DNA of 64,000 nt from Macrostomum lignano. Taxonomy: Eukaryota. Both the position numbers and the translations under genes were made by a program. The stretch is taken from assembly GCA_002269645.1 (NCBI GenBank), contig NIVC01001271.1, positions 114,633-178,632 on the forward strand. Direction: 5' to 3'. The notes under the pieces are model-generated. The model saw only the letters and a list, made by a program, of their open reading frames with translations, made no database searches and was not told the DNA's origin. Below, piece after piece: positions 24,201 through 36,362 of this stretch. Every line of letters begins with the position of its first letter. Position 1 is the stretch's first letter.

Positions 24201-27200
24201 CGCGGCGCACCGCCAGACCGCTGGCGCCGCGCTTGTGGCAGAACTTCTGAAATCACGGTGACGAACATTAAAATCACGGGTTGATTAAGATTTTGTGCAT
24301 GCATCCAGCTTTTATGCCGTAGCCCCATAGTCAAGCGCGGCGCTCTGATGTTCTAGCGGCCCAAGCTCGATTCCAAGTGCAGTCGCATTAATTCTGGGGC
24401 TATAGATTGGAATCTCGGCTTGGCTCTGCTCGTGCAATTAACGCCCTAGAGGTCCATTCCCCAAGACACAGTGAAGTGTACATGCCTAACGATAAATAAA
24501 GTTAGGGCCGCTGTACACTCCTGTGTGAGTGTGTGCCTGTGCGTATGACTGCGTGCGTATCCGCGCGCCTGTGTGCCTTCTCAGGCCGGGAAGTCGGCGG
24601 AATGAGCAGTTATGAATCTCGCCGGTTGTGTGACAATGTCGCTTAAAGTGCGCCAGGATGCGCACAGCCCCCTGCCTCTAATAAAGAATAAAAATTTATA
24701 ATACTAAAATCGCGGTACCGTGTCTGTGTGTGACTATCGAACCAGGTACCGATTCTGCAATAATTAAACATTAACATCATGGACACAGAGTGTACATGCC
24801 ATACGATTAGAAAGTCAAGGGCCGCTGTACACCCTGTGGGATCGTGTGTGTGAGTGCGTACCTGCGTACGTACCCGTGCGCGCGTGCGTGCTCGGGGATC
24901 AGGGGATTGTTGACCTGCTTTAACTGCATTTTATTCAAAGTTCAACAGCAGAGTAACTCCTAACAAGTATCAATTAGATTCGTGTCGACTCGTCATAAGA
25001 GTACTGCTAAGAGTTACCTGCATGTAGAACACGTAGAACATCTGGTCCTCGGTGAGGTGCAGCAGCGGCAGCCGCTTGTCCGCCCGTCCGCCTTGCAGCC
25101 GGTAGGCGTCAAACTGAGCTCGAGCTGAGCTGACCGCGGCCATCTCCCTGGCTGTCCAGTTGCTCAGCAGCAGCCTCTGATGCTGATTGCGCTCGCTCTG
25201 ATAAGGGATGGAGAGAGCAACTGAAGGCTGTAAAGTTGACAAGTCTTTGTTAAAACCATTATAAATTGTCTTGCCTTAAACAAGTTCATGATGCATGCCG
25301 TTCGCTTGTGATATTCGGAAATTGTGGCGTCTGACCACCAACCGCTGGTCCTCTGCGCTTCGTATGCGTGACCTGCAGGAAAAAAAAGTTATCAAAAATT
25401 TGAGCCAAATAATTCCAGTCTGGACCCATACGCTTGTTTTCACGACGGAGCTGTCATCTCTCCGACAAATTCACTGTCATCTCTCTGACCAAGTCACTGT
25501 CATCTCTCTGACCAAGTCACTGTCATCTCTCTGACCTAGTCACCGTCATCTCTCTGACCAAGTCAAAGTCATCTCTCTGACCAAAGTCACCGTCATCTCT
25601 CTGACCAAGTCAAAGTCATCTCTCTGACCAAGTCAAAGTCATCTCTCTGACCAAGTCAAAGTCATCTCTCTGACCAAGTCAAAGTCATCTCTCTGACCAA
25701 GTCAAAGTCATCTCTCTGACCAAGTCACCGTCATCTCTCTGACCAAGTCACCGTCATCTCTCTGACCAAGTCACCGTCATCTCTCTGACCAAGTCACCGT
25801 CATCTCTCTGACCAAGTCACCGTCATCTCTCTGACCAAGTCAAAATCATCTCTCTGACCAAGTCACTGTCATCTCTCTGACCAAGTCAAAGTCATCTCTC
25901 TGACCAAGTCAAAGTCATCTCTCTGACCAAGTCACCGTCATCTCTCTGACCAAGTCACCGTCATCTCTCTGACCAAGTCAAAGTCATCTCTCTGACCAAG
26001 TCAAAGTCATCTCTCTGACCAAGTCAAAGTCATCTCTCTGACCAAGTCAAAGTCATCTCTCTGACCAAGTCAAAGTCATCTCTCTGACCAAGTCAAAGTC
26101 ATCTCTCTGACCAAGTCATAGTCATCTCTCTGACCAAGTCAAAGTCATCTCTCTGACCAACAAGTCAATAATCTCTCTCTGACCAAGTCAAAGTCATCAC
26201 TCTAACCAATTCATTGTCATCTCTTTAACCAAGTCATTGTTATCTCTCTGACAAAGTCAAAGTCATCTCTCTGACCAATTCGCTGTCATCCCTACGCAAC
26301 ACTCACTAGATATGTCAAAGGACTGCAAGATCTCATGCGCCATCATGCTGGCAGCCCCGCTGTAGGCCAGCAGCTGCGGCAGGCCGGCTGACGGGAACAG
26401 CGGCACCTGCAGAGCGCCCGCCTGAGCCAGCAGCTCGCGGTCGTAGGCCAGATAACGAAGTCCAGGCTCCCACAGCTGGCCCCAGTGCTGGAAATCCAGC
26501 GGATTGTACGTCTGGGTGAGCAGCCGGGCCTGGCGAGTCTTCCAGTAGTTGATGCAGCTCACAATCAGGCTGAAGTAGCTGTGGGTACTCGGATCAATCT
26601 GCAACGTACAGGAAATCTGCATGGAGCTGCTGATGCTGCTGCTTGGAACAACACTCTTGACTGAGCAGCACAGTGGTAAATGCGTCTGACTGGTCTCGCG
26701 CCACGACCCCTGGTATGATGACGCGATAAATTGACAATTTATGTTATTTACATGTTGCCGTGCCATTCACGCCCATGAGGGCCAAGCCCCCAAGGCACAG
26801 AAATTGTACATGTACGCTGACGATTAGAAAGTCAGTCACGACCGCTGTACACCCTGCGTGAGCGTGTGTACCCTATTGGCGCGCTTGTAGGTTTTCAGGA
26901 GTCAGTGGAACGGGAAGAATTGTCGAAGTGCTGGTTGTGAGACGATATATATTAAATATGTATTGAGCAGTAAGCTACTCACCTGGCGGAACTCCGCGTC
27001 CAAATAACTGTCATCCCAGGCCTCATCTGGGTAGCCGGTTTTCTCCACCATGTCGGCCAGTCGCTGCTTGGCTCGACGCTTCGTCTCGTTGTCCATCCAG
27101 ACCAGCCGGTTGATGCTGTCCTTCGCAGCCCGGCGCATCTTCTCGAAAAGAGCACCGGCCTGCATGCGCGAGTCAGGTGTGACAGCTCGAAATTAGCGAA

Positions 27201-30200
27201 ACAGGAGTTGCCTAGTTCTCACCTACTGGACTTGGGACAGCTGCACTTTTGTTTGTTTGCCGTGCAGTTTCGAATGCCTTTTTAACCTCACAGTCAGTAA
27301 GCCTGTGAAATCATGTCGGATGCTGGTTCAAATAACTTTATTAAGCTGGTTTACCGATAGTGACGGTCTCAAACGTCAAGCTTAAAAATGGAAAAAAAAC
27401 CTTTCTCTTTAACAATTTTTAGCTAAATTAGGCCTTCATAAATAAAAATTCTTAATACTAAAGCGTTAAATCCTGTTCTTACCAGTGCTCCTTGGCCTGA
27501 GTGCAGTCCGTACTTACGTACTCCTGTACTTGTGTACTCCCGAACTTGTGTACTCCCGTACTTCCGTACTTCCGTACTTGCGTACTCCCGTACTTGCGTA
27601 CTCCCGAACTTGTGTACTCCCGTACTTGCGTACTCCCGTACTTGTGTACTCCCGTACTTGCGTACTCCCGTACTTGCCCGTCTCCGACTGCTCGTTGGCC
27701 ACATTTTCGCTTCTTTTCATTGGCTGACACCGACATTCTGTCTGTCATTGCACTTTTTGAATGTGTTCGACTAATTAATTACCCTGGCCTTGGCGCCTGG
27801 TTCGAAATTGTTGCGAACGAAGAGCGCCGACAGAGCCTGGTTCATGCCCCACCGCACGGTCTCCAGGCAGTCAGTCGCTGCATCGTCACCAACACTGCCG
27901 CCGCCGATGCCAATTGTCAGCCCGTTGCTGGGCCAAACTATTCGTCGGTAGGCGGCAAATCTGAGCCGGTACTCGCCGCTCAGATCCCATTGGAAGAAGG
28001 CGATCAGGGTCCAGGTGAGGTAGTTGTTCATCTTTCTGCTCGGGGTGCGGCCAATGAAAAAATTAGTCTCTTCCAAAAGCTCGAAACACCTCGAAACTTC
28101 CCAACCTGGAAACTTCCCAACCATGGAAACTTCCCAATCTGGAAACTTCCCAACTTTAAAACTTCTCAACCTTGAAGCTTCCCAACCTGGAAACTTCCCA
28201 ACCTTGAATCTCCCAACCTTGAATCTCTCAATCTTGAATCTCTCAATCTTGAATCTCCCAACCTTGAATCTCCCAACCTAGAATCTCCCAACCTTGAATC
28301 TCCCAACCTTGAATCTCCCAACCTTGAATCTCCCAACCTTGAATCTCCCAACCTAGAATCTCCCAACCTTGAATCTCCCAACCTTGAATCTCCCAACCTT
28401 GAATCTCCCAACCTTGAATCTCCCAACCTTGAATCTCCCAACCTTGAATCTCCCAACCTTGAATCTCCCAACCTTGAATCTCCCAACCTTGAATCTCCCA
28501 ACCTTGAATCTCCCAACCTTGAATCTCCCAACGTTGAATCTCCCAACCGTGAATCTCCCAACCTTGAATCTCCCAACCGTGAATCTCCTAACCTTGAATC
28601 TCCCAACCTCGAAACTTAATTTTAGTCTAAAACGACGTGAAAGACTTCTTTTCAGACTCAATCTACAGTCTGTTAAATTAAAACTCGAAAACTGTGTTTT
28701 CTCAATATTTCTGAGTACAGACTCAGAGCGTTTCATTAAACTTTTTAATCGGCCTTTTCTCAATAGACCAACTTTACCGATTGAAGTCAGTGGGGCTGCC
28801 TCTGCGCATGGAGTCCAACAGGTCCCGCAGCTGGTCAACATAATACCAGTCAGTCACCAGCACCTGGGTGTCGTTTCTTATCACCAGACCTGGCTGGTAG
28901 ATTTCAGCCAGGTAGGCTCGGAAGTCAATGTGAGACGAAATTCTATCAGTGAGATCGCTGATTTTCGCTAAGTTGGCCGGATGGTCGGCGGGTTGCTCGG
29001 GAAGGCTGGCGTGCTGCAGGACGGCCTCGTGAGTCTGCGGAGTTCGAGGGGTGCAAGTTTGAGCTGCAGTTCTTACTGAAGTGACAATAAAACGGGTGAA
29101 TTCCCTGTTGTAAGAAAATTCCCTGATAGTGGAATGGCAAGAGGGAATTCCCATCTTACTGAACCTTAATGGTATGATAGCAAGGGGAATCCCCATCTGA
29201 ACCCATCTTAACAGTATGATAGCAAAAGGGAATCCCCATCTGAACCTATATCTTAACAGTATGATAGCAAAGGGGAATTCCCATCTAAACCCATTTTAAC
29301 AGTATTATAGCAAAGGGGAATTCCAATCGGAACCCATCTTAACGGTATAATAGCATAGGGGAATTCCCATCTGGACCCATCTTAACGGTATGATAGCAAG
29401 GGGGAATTCCCAACTGGGCCCATCTTAACGGTATGATAGCAAGGGGGAATTCCTATCTGGACAGTAGAATGGCAAGGCGGAATTCCCATTAATTTCGTTT
29501 TAAAATCAAGTTTTTTCCTATTAAGCTGAGATGCATTTCATTTTCTTAGGTTTATTCTCTACTTCTTAAACTACTGCCAGTAGCAAGCAGCGCTTTCTGA
29601 GCTTCCATTTCAAATTCCCTCACCAGCAGCAGCTGCTCCTCAACGTAGAGCACATCGTTGGCAAATGTCTCAACTCGAGCTGTCTGATTGGTCATCGCTG
29701 CGTCTCTCACCAGCATGCCGGCCACGTCCTTGATCAGGCTGCGGTACAGCTCCTTCTCCTAAATTATTTGAAAAAAACCTTTTTGTATTTTCATAGAAAA
29801 TGTGGTCTACTTTGCGACTACTTTGTACTAAAATATCAACAATAAGACTTACATGACGGACGTACATCGCGTCGCTTCGAGAGTTCATGCCAACCTAAAT
29901 TACAGAGTGAGTTTTGTCTCTGTTTTCTGGGAATTTCTAACAGTAAATCTCCGTTTGAGAGTCTCTCACTGAAAATCTCATTCTGAGAATCTCCCACTTG
30001 AGAATCTCTCACCTGATAATCTCTCACCTGAGAATCTCTTTGCACTTGAGAATCTCTCACCTGAGAATCTCTCACTTGAGAATCTCTAACCTGAGTATCT
30101 CTCACCTGAGAATCTCTCACCTGAGAATTAATCTCTCCCCTGAGAATCTCTCACCTGAGAATCTCTCACTTGAGAATCTCTAACCTGAGTATCTCTCACC

Positions 30201-31470
30201 TGAGAATCTCTCACCTGAGAATTAATCTCTCCCCTGAGAATCTCTCACTGAGAATCTCTCACTTGAGAATCTCTCACCTCAGAATCTGTCACCTCAGAAT
30301 CTTTCACTTGAGAATCTCTCACCTGAGAATCTCATTTAAAATCGCTCTAATACTCAACGGAAATTAACATAAAGAAAAATGGTTCGCTAAAATACAAAAC
30401 CTCTCTTGTCTCAATCAAAGAGCAAAAGCTCCTCACCCAGATAGCGTAGCGCCTGTCGCTGCCCCTCCGGTGCAGGAAGTCGCTGTAGACGGCTCTCGTG
30501 GCGAACAGCGAGTGCGCGTAGAACCTGCCGCTGACCGCCTGGAAAGTGCGGCTGAAACCGCCGAGGCCGCCAGCCGCTGAGCTGGACTGGTTGAGCAGGA
30601 ACTCGCCGACACCTGCCGCTCGCATCGCGGCCAACAGCGGGTTGTCGCCGATGTAACTCGGCGTGTCGAAATTCTCCTCGCACCTGGAGAAGCAATCATG
30701 CAGACGTGCGCTGACGGCAATTCTGCCCATTCCTCTGACTCCTGAGCACATACACTCGTACACACGCTCACACAGGGTGTACACACGCTCACACAGGGTG
30801 TACACACGCTCACACAGGGTGTACACACGCTCACACAGGGTGTACACACGCTCACACAGGGTGTACACACGCTCACACAGGGTGTACACACGCTCACACG
30901 CTCACACAGGGTGTACAGCGGCCATTTGACTTTCTAATCGTCAGGCATGTACACTGTCTGTTGGTTGGCCCTCATGGCTGTGATCTGCTCTTCTCCCTAC
31001 CTGGCGTAGAACCGTCTCAGCTTCCGTTCCCAAGCAGGATTTCCGCCCCCACCGCCGCCGCCGCTTCTCAAGCTACTCGCCAGCTTCCGCCGAGCTCCGA
31101 GCTCCATCTCCGCAGGGACATTGCCCGCTGTTCCATCTCCGCCGCACGCAAAGCTGTAGAAATCTGAGCACGGCTCCGAGCTGGTGTTCATCCGTCGGGC
31201 TGCCGCGGCCGCCACGGAGAGGCAGTCTGGCTCGGTCAAGCAGATGTCGGTCAGCTCCAAGCTGCCGTTGTCAGCGCCTCGGCGAATGGCTACGGCGAAC
31301 AGGCAGATGAAGACAATGGCGAGCAGGCTGACCAGGCCGGTGGCGACGGCGAGGCAGCGGGCCGGAGGCAGCGGAAGGCGCCTGAAGAATCGGCTGAAGA
31401 CACCGCCGCTGCTGCCGCCGCTGGCACTGTCGTCAGAGTGGAAGATGTGCGCTTTGCCGGGGTGCCTCAT
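21255..31470 (-). CDS. Neprilysin/ECE (peptidase M13) family type II membrane protein, probably catalytically inactive; 12 exons: 31001-31470, 30437-30683, 29853-29894, 29624-29758, 28778-29034, 27783-28035, 26983-27159, 26307-26598, 25275-25372, 25018-25227, 24092-24246, 21255-21342 (about 807 aa)
   Basis: N-terminal TM helix, then CLTEPDC...EPCSDFYSFACG, WMDNETKRRA...GYPD, LQVPLF...MMAHEILQSFD, GWWS...C, LPLLHLTEDQMFY and LSNAPGFAKAFGCPAG...CSLY*. All junction phases are consistent (2424 nt in total). The 5' end may extend further upstream. Confidence 0.85.
21632..23601 (-). mobile_element. P-superfamily-like (THAP) non-autonomous DNA transposon in the last intron of the M13 gene
   Basis: 8-bp TSD CATCCAAG (21624-21631 and 23602-23609). 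TIRs CACAGATACTATAAACACTAGATAGGCCACT..., extending imperfectly to about 100 bp. A frameshifted THAP domain lies at about 23070-22790 on the minus strand (HCCAPTC...MHKLPKD...KRWQQLL...RVFSLHF...DAIP). Confidence 0.8.
22330..22530. repeat. 39-bp GC-rich tandem repeat (about 5 copies) inside the P-like element
   Basis: Repeats of gccgctgcagccgcttgatttgcctgtcgctttcgggatt-like units. Confidence 0.85.
24315..24690 (+). mobile_element. tRNA-derived SINE, near full length
   Basis: tRNA-like head gccgtagcccc...aagctcgattcc and an A-rich tail. The body is closely similar to 54008-54318. Partial copies at about 24790-24895, 26760-26875, 30730-30960 (minus) and 38100-38215. Confidence 0.7.
25482..26280. 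repeat. 23-bp minisatellite (gtcatctctctgaccaagtcaaa/cc) in an M13 intron
   Basis: More than 30 tandem units are visible. Confidence 0.95.
27505..27678. repeat. 16-bp minisatellite (tactcccgtacttgcg/tg) in an M13 intron
   Basis: About 10 tandem units. Confidence 0.9.
28090..28612. repeat. 15-bp minisatellite (accttgaatctccca) in an M13 intron
   Basis: About 27 near-perfect units preceded by degenerate aaacttcccaacctgg units. Confidence 0.95.
29095..29490. repeat. Minisatellite of about 44 bp (gggaattcccatctgaacccatcttaacggtatgatagcaagg)
   Basis: About 8 degenerate tandem units. Confidence 0.85.
29960..30335. repeat. 15-bp minisatellite (ctgagaatctctcac)
   Basis: More than 20 tandem units. 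Confidence 0.9.
30762..30915. repeat. 21-bp minisatellite amplified from inside an antisense SINE fragment
   Basis: acacacgctcacacagggtgt x about 7. It is the reverse complement of the SINE body motif acaccctgtgtgagcgtgtgt, and SINE sequence continues on both sides. Confidence 0.85.
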
Positions 31471-31809
31471 GGCTGTTGCATTCCCTGAAAGCAGCTCCGC
31501 CACCCACCTTGGCCAGCGGCCTATATCTGCTGTCTACCTAGGCAGCAATTTGCATTCCGTTGTCATGGTTACGCGCTGTGTTTAACACTCAGTTTGAATA
31601 TGTTTATATTCTTATGCATGAGAATATTTATTCAAATGCAAATCGCTATATTAATAATCAGATCAGAGCTGCTTATTTTAAAAGGTTTTTTTCGAGCGAA
31701 TCCAGGGTACAAAGTCTGCATAGCTTAGAAGTTCGCTAAACTCATGGGTGAAGATTTACACTGGCTGCTTTCGGCTAAGTTATTTATTCAAAATTCTTTA
31801 AGCCAATAG

Positions 31810-32360
31810 ACTTCAGGTGATCTATACCCAATCAGTTCCATATCCTTCAGGTGATCTATACCCAATCAGTTCCATATCCTTCAGGTGATCTATACCCAAT
31901 CAGTTCCATATCCTTCAGGTGATCTATACCCAATCAGTTCCATATCCTTCAGGTGATCTATACCCAATCAGTTCCATATCCTTCAGGTGATCTATACCCA
32001 ATCAGTTCCATATCCTTCAGGTGATCTATACCCAATCAGTTCCATATCCTTCAGGTGATCAATACCAATCAGTTCCATATCCTTCAGATGATCAATACCC
32101 AATCAGTTCCATATCCTTTTTCAGGTGATCTATAAATCTGTTCCATATCCTTCAGGTGAGCAATATGAATCAGTTCCATTATCCTTCAGGTGAGCAATAC
32201 GAATCAGTTCCATTATCCTTCAGGTGAGCAATACCAATCTGTTCCATTCCTTCAGGTGAGCAACACCAATCTGTTCCATATCCTTCAGGTGAGCAATACG
32301 AATCTGTTCCATATCCTTCAGGTGAGCAATACCAATCAGTTCCATATCCTTCAGGTGAGC
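31810..32360. repeat. 34-bp minisatellite (cttcaggtgatctatacccaatcagttccatatc)
   Basis: About 16 units, homogeneous at the 5' end and diverging toward the 3' end. Confidence 0.95.
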
Positions 32361-32929
32361 ATTTAGGCTGTCAGCAGAGCGGCACATGACACAGGGCAAG
32401 GAGTCTGATGGCGGGTGTTAAGTCACCCACCCGCAGAATTTCTTCCAGACACCGGCTAATTTATGGATTTCTGTTCCGCTTCAGTGAGCACAGCCCCCCC
32501 CCAGGTCAGACAAGTCATGTGCCTACAAATATGAGAGCTTTAACAAGCAACAAGCAAGTAAAATAAAAAATGCGGGTCGCACTGGATGACCTTGACCGAC
32601 ATTGTTCCTTGTGTTTGAAAGTTTTATGCGCTCTAGATTAAGTTTAAGTTTTATGCGTTTTATGCGCGCTAGATCTTGAACTTAGAATCTGGAGTTGCCG
32701 GCTCCTCCGGGTAGCAACAGTTTCCTACAACGGAACTTCTTTGAGGTTTTCATTTCTACATAAGAGATGAGTCGGGTTTCTGAGCCATTTTTATATTTAA
32801 ACTCGCCATCCTAATTTATAAAAAACTTTTTAAAAGTTCAAAAAAAGTTTTTTTTCCGAAATTTCCGAAATCCGAAATTTTTAAAAAACTTTTCCACTAA
32901 GGACTTTCGATTAAGAAGGACGCGTGTGG

Positions 32930-33145
32930 CTCTATCCCTCCCTCCTCTCCTTTCCTCATCTCCTTTCCTCATCTCCCTCCCTCCTCTCCCTCCCTTCTCC
33001 TCTCCCTCCCTTCTCCTCTCCCTCTCCCCTCCTCTCCTCTCCTCCTCTCCCTCTCCCCTCCTCTCCTCTCCTCCTCTCCCTCTCCCCTCCTCTCCTCTCC
33101 TCCTCTCCCCTTCCTCCTCTCCATCTCCTCTCTCCACTCCCTCCC
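32930..33145. repeat. CT-rich low-complexity tract
   Basis: (cctct)n-like polypyrimidine run. Confidence 0.9.
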
Positions 33146-34104
33146 CTACCTGTTTTCCCCTCTATCCCATTTCCATCCACTATCCCCGCTTCATATCAGT
33201 TAGCATCCTTTCTGCCTCAATTCGAAAACACTGGTTACCTACCAGTCCAAGCCCTCGCATACACGTAGAAAGGGGACTCCGGCATTCATGGCTCATCTCA
33301 AATTGAAGTTTTGTCTAAAAAAACGCACTTACAGCATTCGCTCAATCTTAGGTCAATCGGTGCATAATGCCGTCCCGTCATTTTACTCAAAGTTGGATCT
33401 CTATGCAGGCAGTCTGACTAGCTAACCTTACCAAATTCCCCTGCATAGTTCCACACCCTCATGCGGATGCAGATGCGCCCCCATCACATGCTTTTGCTCT
33501 CCCTCTCTGATCAGCCACCACCGCCATCCTCGCTTGTTGGACGGGGCCCGGTTGGGAGGGGGCGCAGTCTGTCTGGCACGGCCCACGCACCGGCCAAGGA
33601 CTCTTCCCGTAGGAATTATTAACAGCATTCCGGACTAGAAACCTTAGAGATCCAGCTGTCCCGCTAGTCCAGTTGTCACAAATAGGGGGTTTTATTTATT
33701 ATATAATTAAAATGAAAGCGGCTCCCCGTTTCCCTCATCAGCCACTTGCTCCAACCACCCCCGGATTTAAGGGAACTCTACATGCAGTTTGAGCAATATG
33801 ACGGGCTTCAGTGCGACTTTAAACCTGTATATGCGGGTCCAGACAGTGCGCAGCATGCTGACAGGAGAAGGGGACGAGAGGATCAGCCGGAGACTCCGGC
33901 AACAAGAAGATCCGTGAATTGAAGTCTGGAGTGCCAGTTCATCTTGCTCATGACCTGGTTTCTCAAAAAAATCCCAGGAAAGTTGCGATACAGAAAGTTC
34001 CATAACCCTTGCTCGATCTTCAATTATGGGGTGAAATTTAAAGAATTTATTTAGCTTTAAATAGGAACCAAGCATGTCGCTTTGTGAAGAGTCGCTTACA
34101 TTTC

Positions 34105-34522
34105 AGACCGAATCCGAAATTTCACAAGACCGAAACTTCACAAGACCGAAATTTCACAAGACCGAAATTTCACAAGACCGAAACTTCACAAGACCAAAAC
34201 TTCACAAGACCGAAACTTCACAAGACCGAAACTTCACAAGATCGAAACTTCACAAGATCGAAACTTCACAAGACCGAAACTTCACAAGATCGAAACTTCA
34301 CAAGACCGAAACTTCACAAGATCGAAACTTCACAAGACCGAAACTTCACCAGACCAAAATTTCACAAGACCGAAACTTCACAAGACCGAAACTTCACAAG
34401 ACCGAAACTTCAGAATACAGAAATTTCACAACGCCGAAAACTACTAGCTCGTACATGGTCTTTGTTATATTGATTTCTACTATGTGAAGTTTCAGCTTTG
34501 TGAAGTTTCGGTCTTGTGAAAA
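34105..34522. repeat. 16-bp minisatellite (caagaccgaaacttca) followed by inverted copies at about 34482-34522 (foldback/MITE-like)
   Basis: About 19 direct units, then tgtgaagtttcggtcttgtgaaa in the opposite orientation. Confidence 0.85.
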
Positions 34523-35339
34523 GAAAATGTTTAGGCGTTGAAAAAATTCTGCGTTACGAAGCCCCGTTTGTGAATATTGAAAAACCACTCCAGATTATGC
34601 TCTCAGCTCTCCATGACTCGGGAATGGGGAAGCGGGACAACCCCCACCCCCAGCCTAACCTTAACAAGAAAGTAGCGTAATTAAGCAGGCCCGCTGTCTC
34701 ACTGACCAGTGAGGGAAACGCGGGAGCGCAGTCTGATGATAGCCAGTTTTTTGGACAGTTTTTTTGCCGGGCAGTTTTATTGTTGAGCCCCCTTGCTGAG
34801 AAGGGTTTACGGCTGGTGATTCTGACCCGATCATGCGAGGCTGCAGGTAGGGCAGTAAACTCATGTTCATTTTCCCTCATCTCAAGCGCCGCAGCCTCCC
34901 GCAGTCTTCTCCCTCCCCACCCGGCGGTTCCACCCCCGCCGCCCGCTGCTTGACAACTGTTGCAGCAAATTTTTCCCAAAAGTTTCTGCTATCTTGGCAG
35001 AAAGTACGAGCCAGAAACGGATTAGTTGCGGATTAAATCGCGTGGGTTCAGCTGCCAGGGCGGCCAGGGCCCGTGTTGGGCCAGCCAACAAAGACCTTTG
35101 ATTGTCTGCTCTGTGCGGCGGCGTCTGCCAGCAATTTTCTGTCTCTCAAAGCCAGTTAGGGGATTGATTGAGTATCCAGCTGTATGGCTGATGCATGCTA
35201 ACTGATGGAATGCACCACATTCGCTAGTGTTCTGAGGTTTGAAGGCCGCGGAGCCAAAGTGGTCACTTTTATCGTCGTAAGAAGCAGCCTCTCAAAGAGC
35301 AACAAGAAAACTTGTGTTCCACAATCAGCACTGATGAAC

Positions 35340-35895
35340 AGCCACCCCACAAACAGCACCCCACAGACAGCACCCCACAGACAGCACCCCACAAACAGCA
35401 CCCCACAAACAGCACCCCACAAGCAGCACCCCACAAACAGCACCCCACAAACAGCACCCCACAAACAGCACCCCACAAACAGCACCCCACAAACAGCACC
35501 CCACAAACAGCACCCCACAAGCAGCACCCCACAAACAGCACCCCACAAACAGCAGCCCACAAACAGCAGCCCACAAACAGCACCCCACAAACAGCACCCC
35601 ACAAACAGCCCACCACAAACAGCACCCCACAAACAGCACCCCACAAACAGCACCCCACAAACAGCACCCCACAAACAGCCCACCACAAACAGCACCCCAC
35701 AAACAGCACCCCACAAACAGCACCCCACAAACAGCGCCCCACAAACAGCACCCCACAAACAGCACCCCACAAACAGCACCCCACAAACAGCACCCCACAA
35801 ACAGCACCCCACAAACAGCACCCCACAAACAGCACCCCACAAACAGCCCACCACAAACAGCATCCACAGACAGCACCCCACAAACAGCACCCCAC
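35340..35895. repeat. 14-bp minisatellite (aaacagcaccccac)
   Basis: About 40 tandem units. Confidence 0.95.
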
Positions 35896-36362
35896 AAGCC
35901 AACAGCTGCCGCTGCAGCAACATAGCTATGAATTCTTGCTAAGCAGGACTCACCCGCATGGGGAGCCCACCCGGCGGAGAGGCCAGATGAGTAGGGAGTC
36001 GGTCCACAGGGGTGTGGGTGGACAAACTCTACCTGTTAGCAATTCCTGTTGAGCTGAGTTGATCATGGTCCGATGAGGGCTCAACAGTGGTTAGCGAAAA
36101 CCTGTGTTCCCCCATGGTAGTAATAAAGTGGGATTTCACTTCCGTTCTCTTCCCGCTCCCCCTGCAGCGGCAGCCAATGAGGATGACCGGCTTTCAGAGA
36201 GTTTTGGGAGGCAACGGATGGGGCGGGAAGTCGGCGGCATTTATTAAAGTCTCTACACTTCGCGACAACCCGCTGTCCTCCCCGGACTGGGAAACCCGCA
36301 TTGAAGCTAGCCAGACTCACTTCGTTGAAACCAATATTCAAGTCATCTTTTGGGCCTTCATT

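Noticed and set aside
27423-28971. Repetitive ORFs (GDSRL, LNLPT, STQVREY)
   Set aside because: They are intronic minisatellite translations within the M13 gene.
35198-36052. Several 190-246 aa repetitive ORFs (TPQTAPHKQHP / GCCLWGAVC)
   Set aside because: They are products of the 14-bp minisatellite in multiple frames on both strands.
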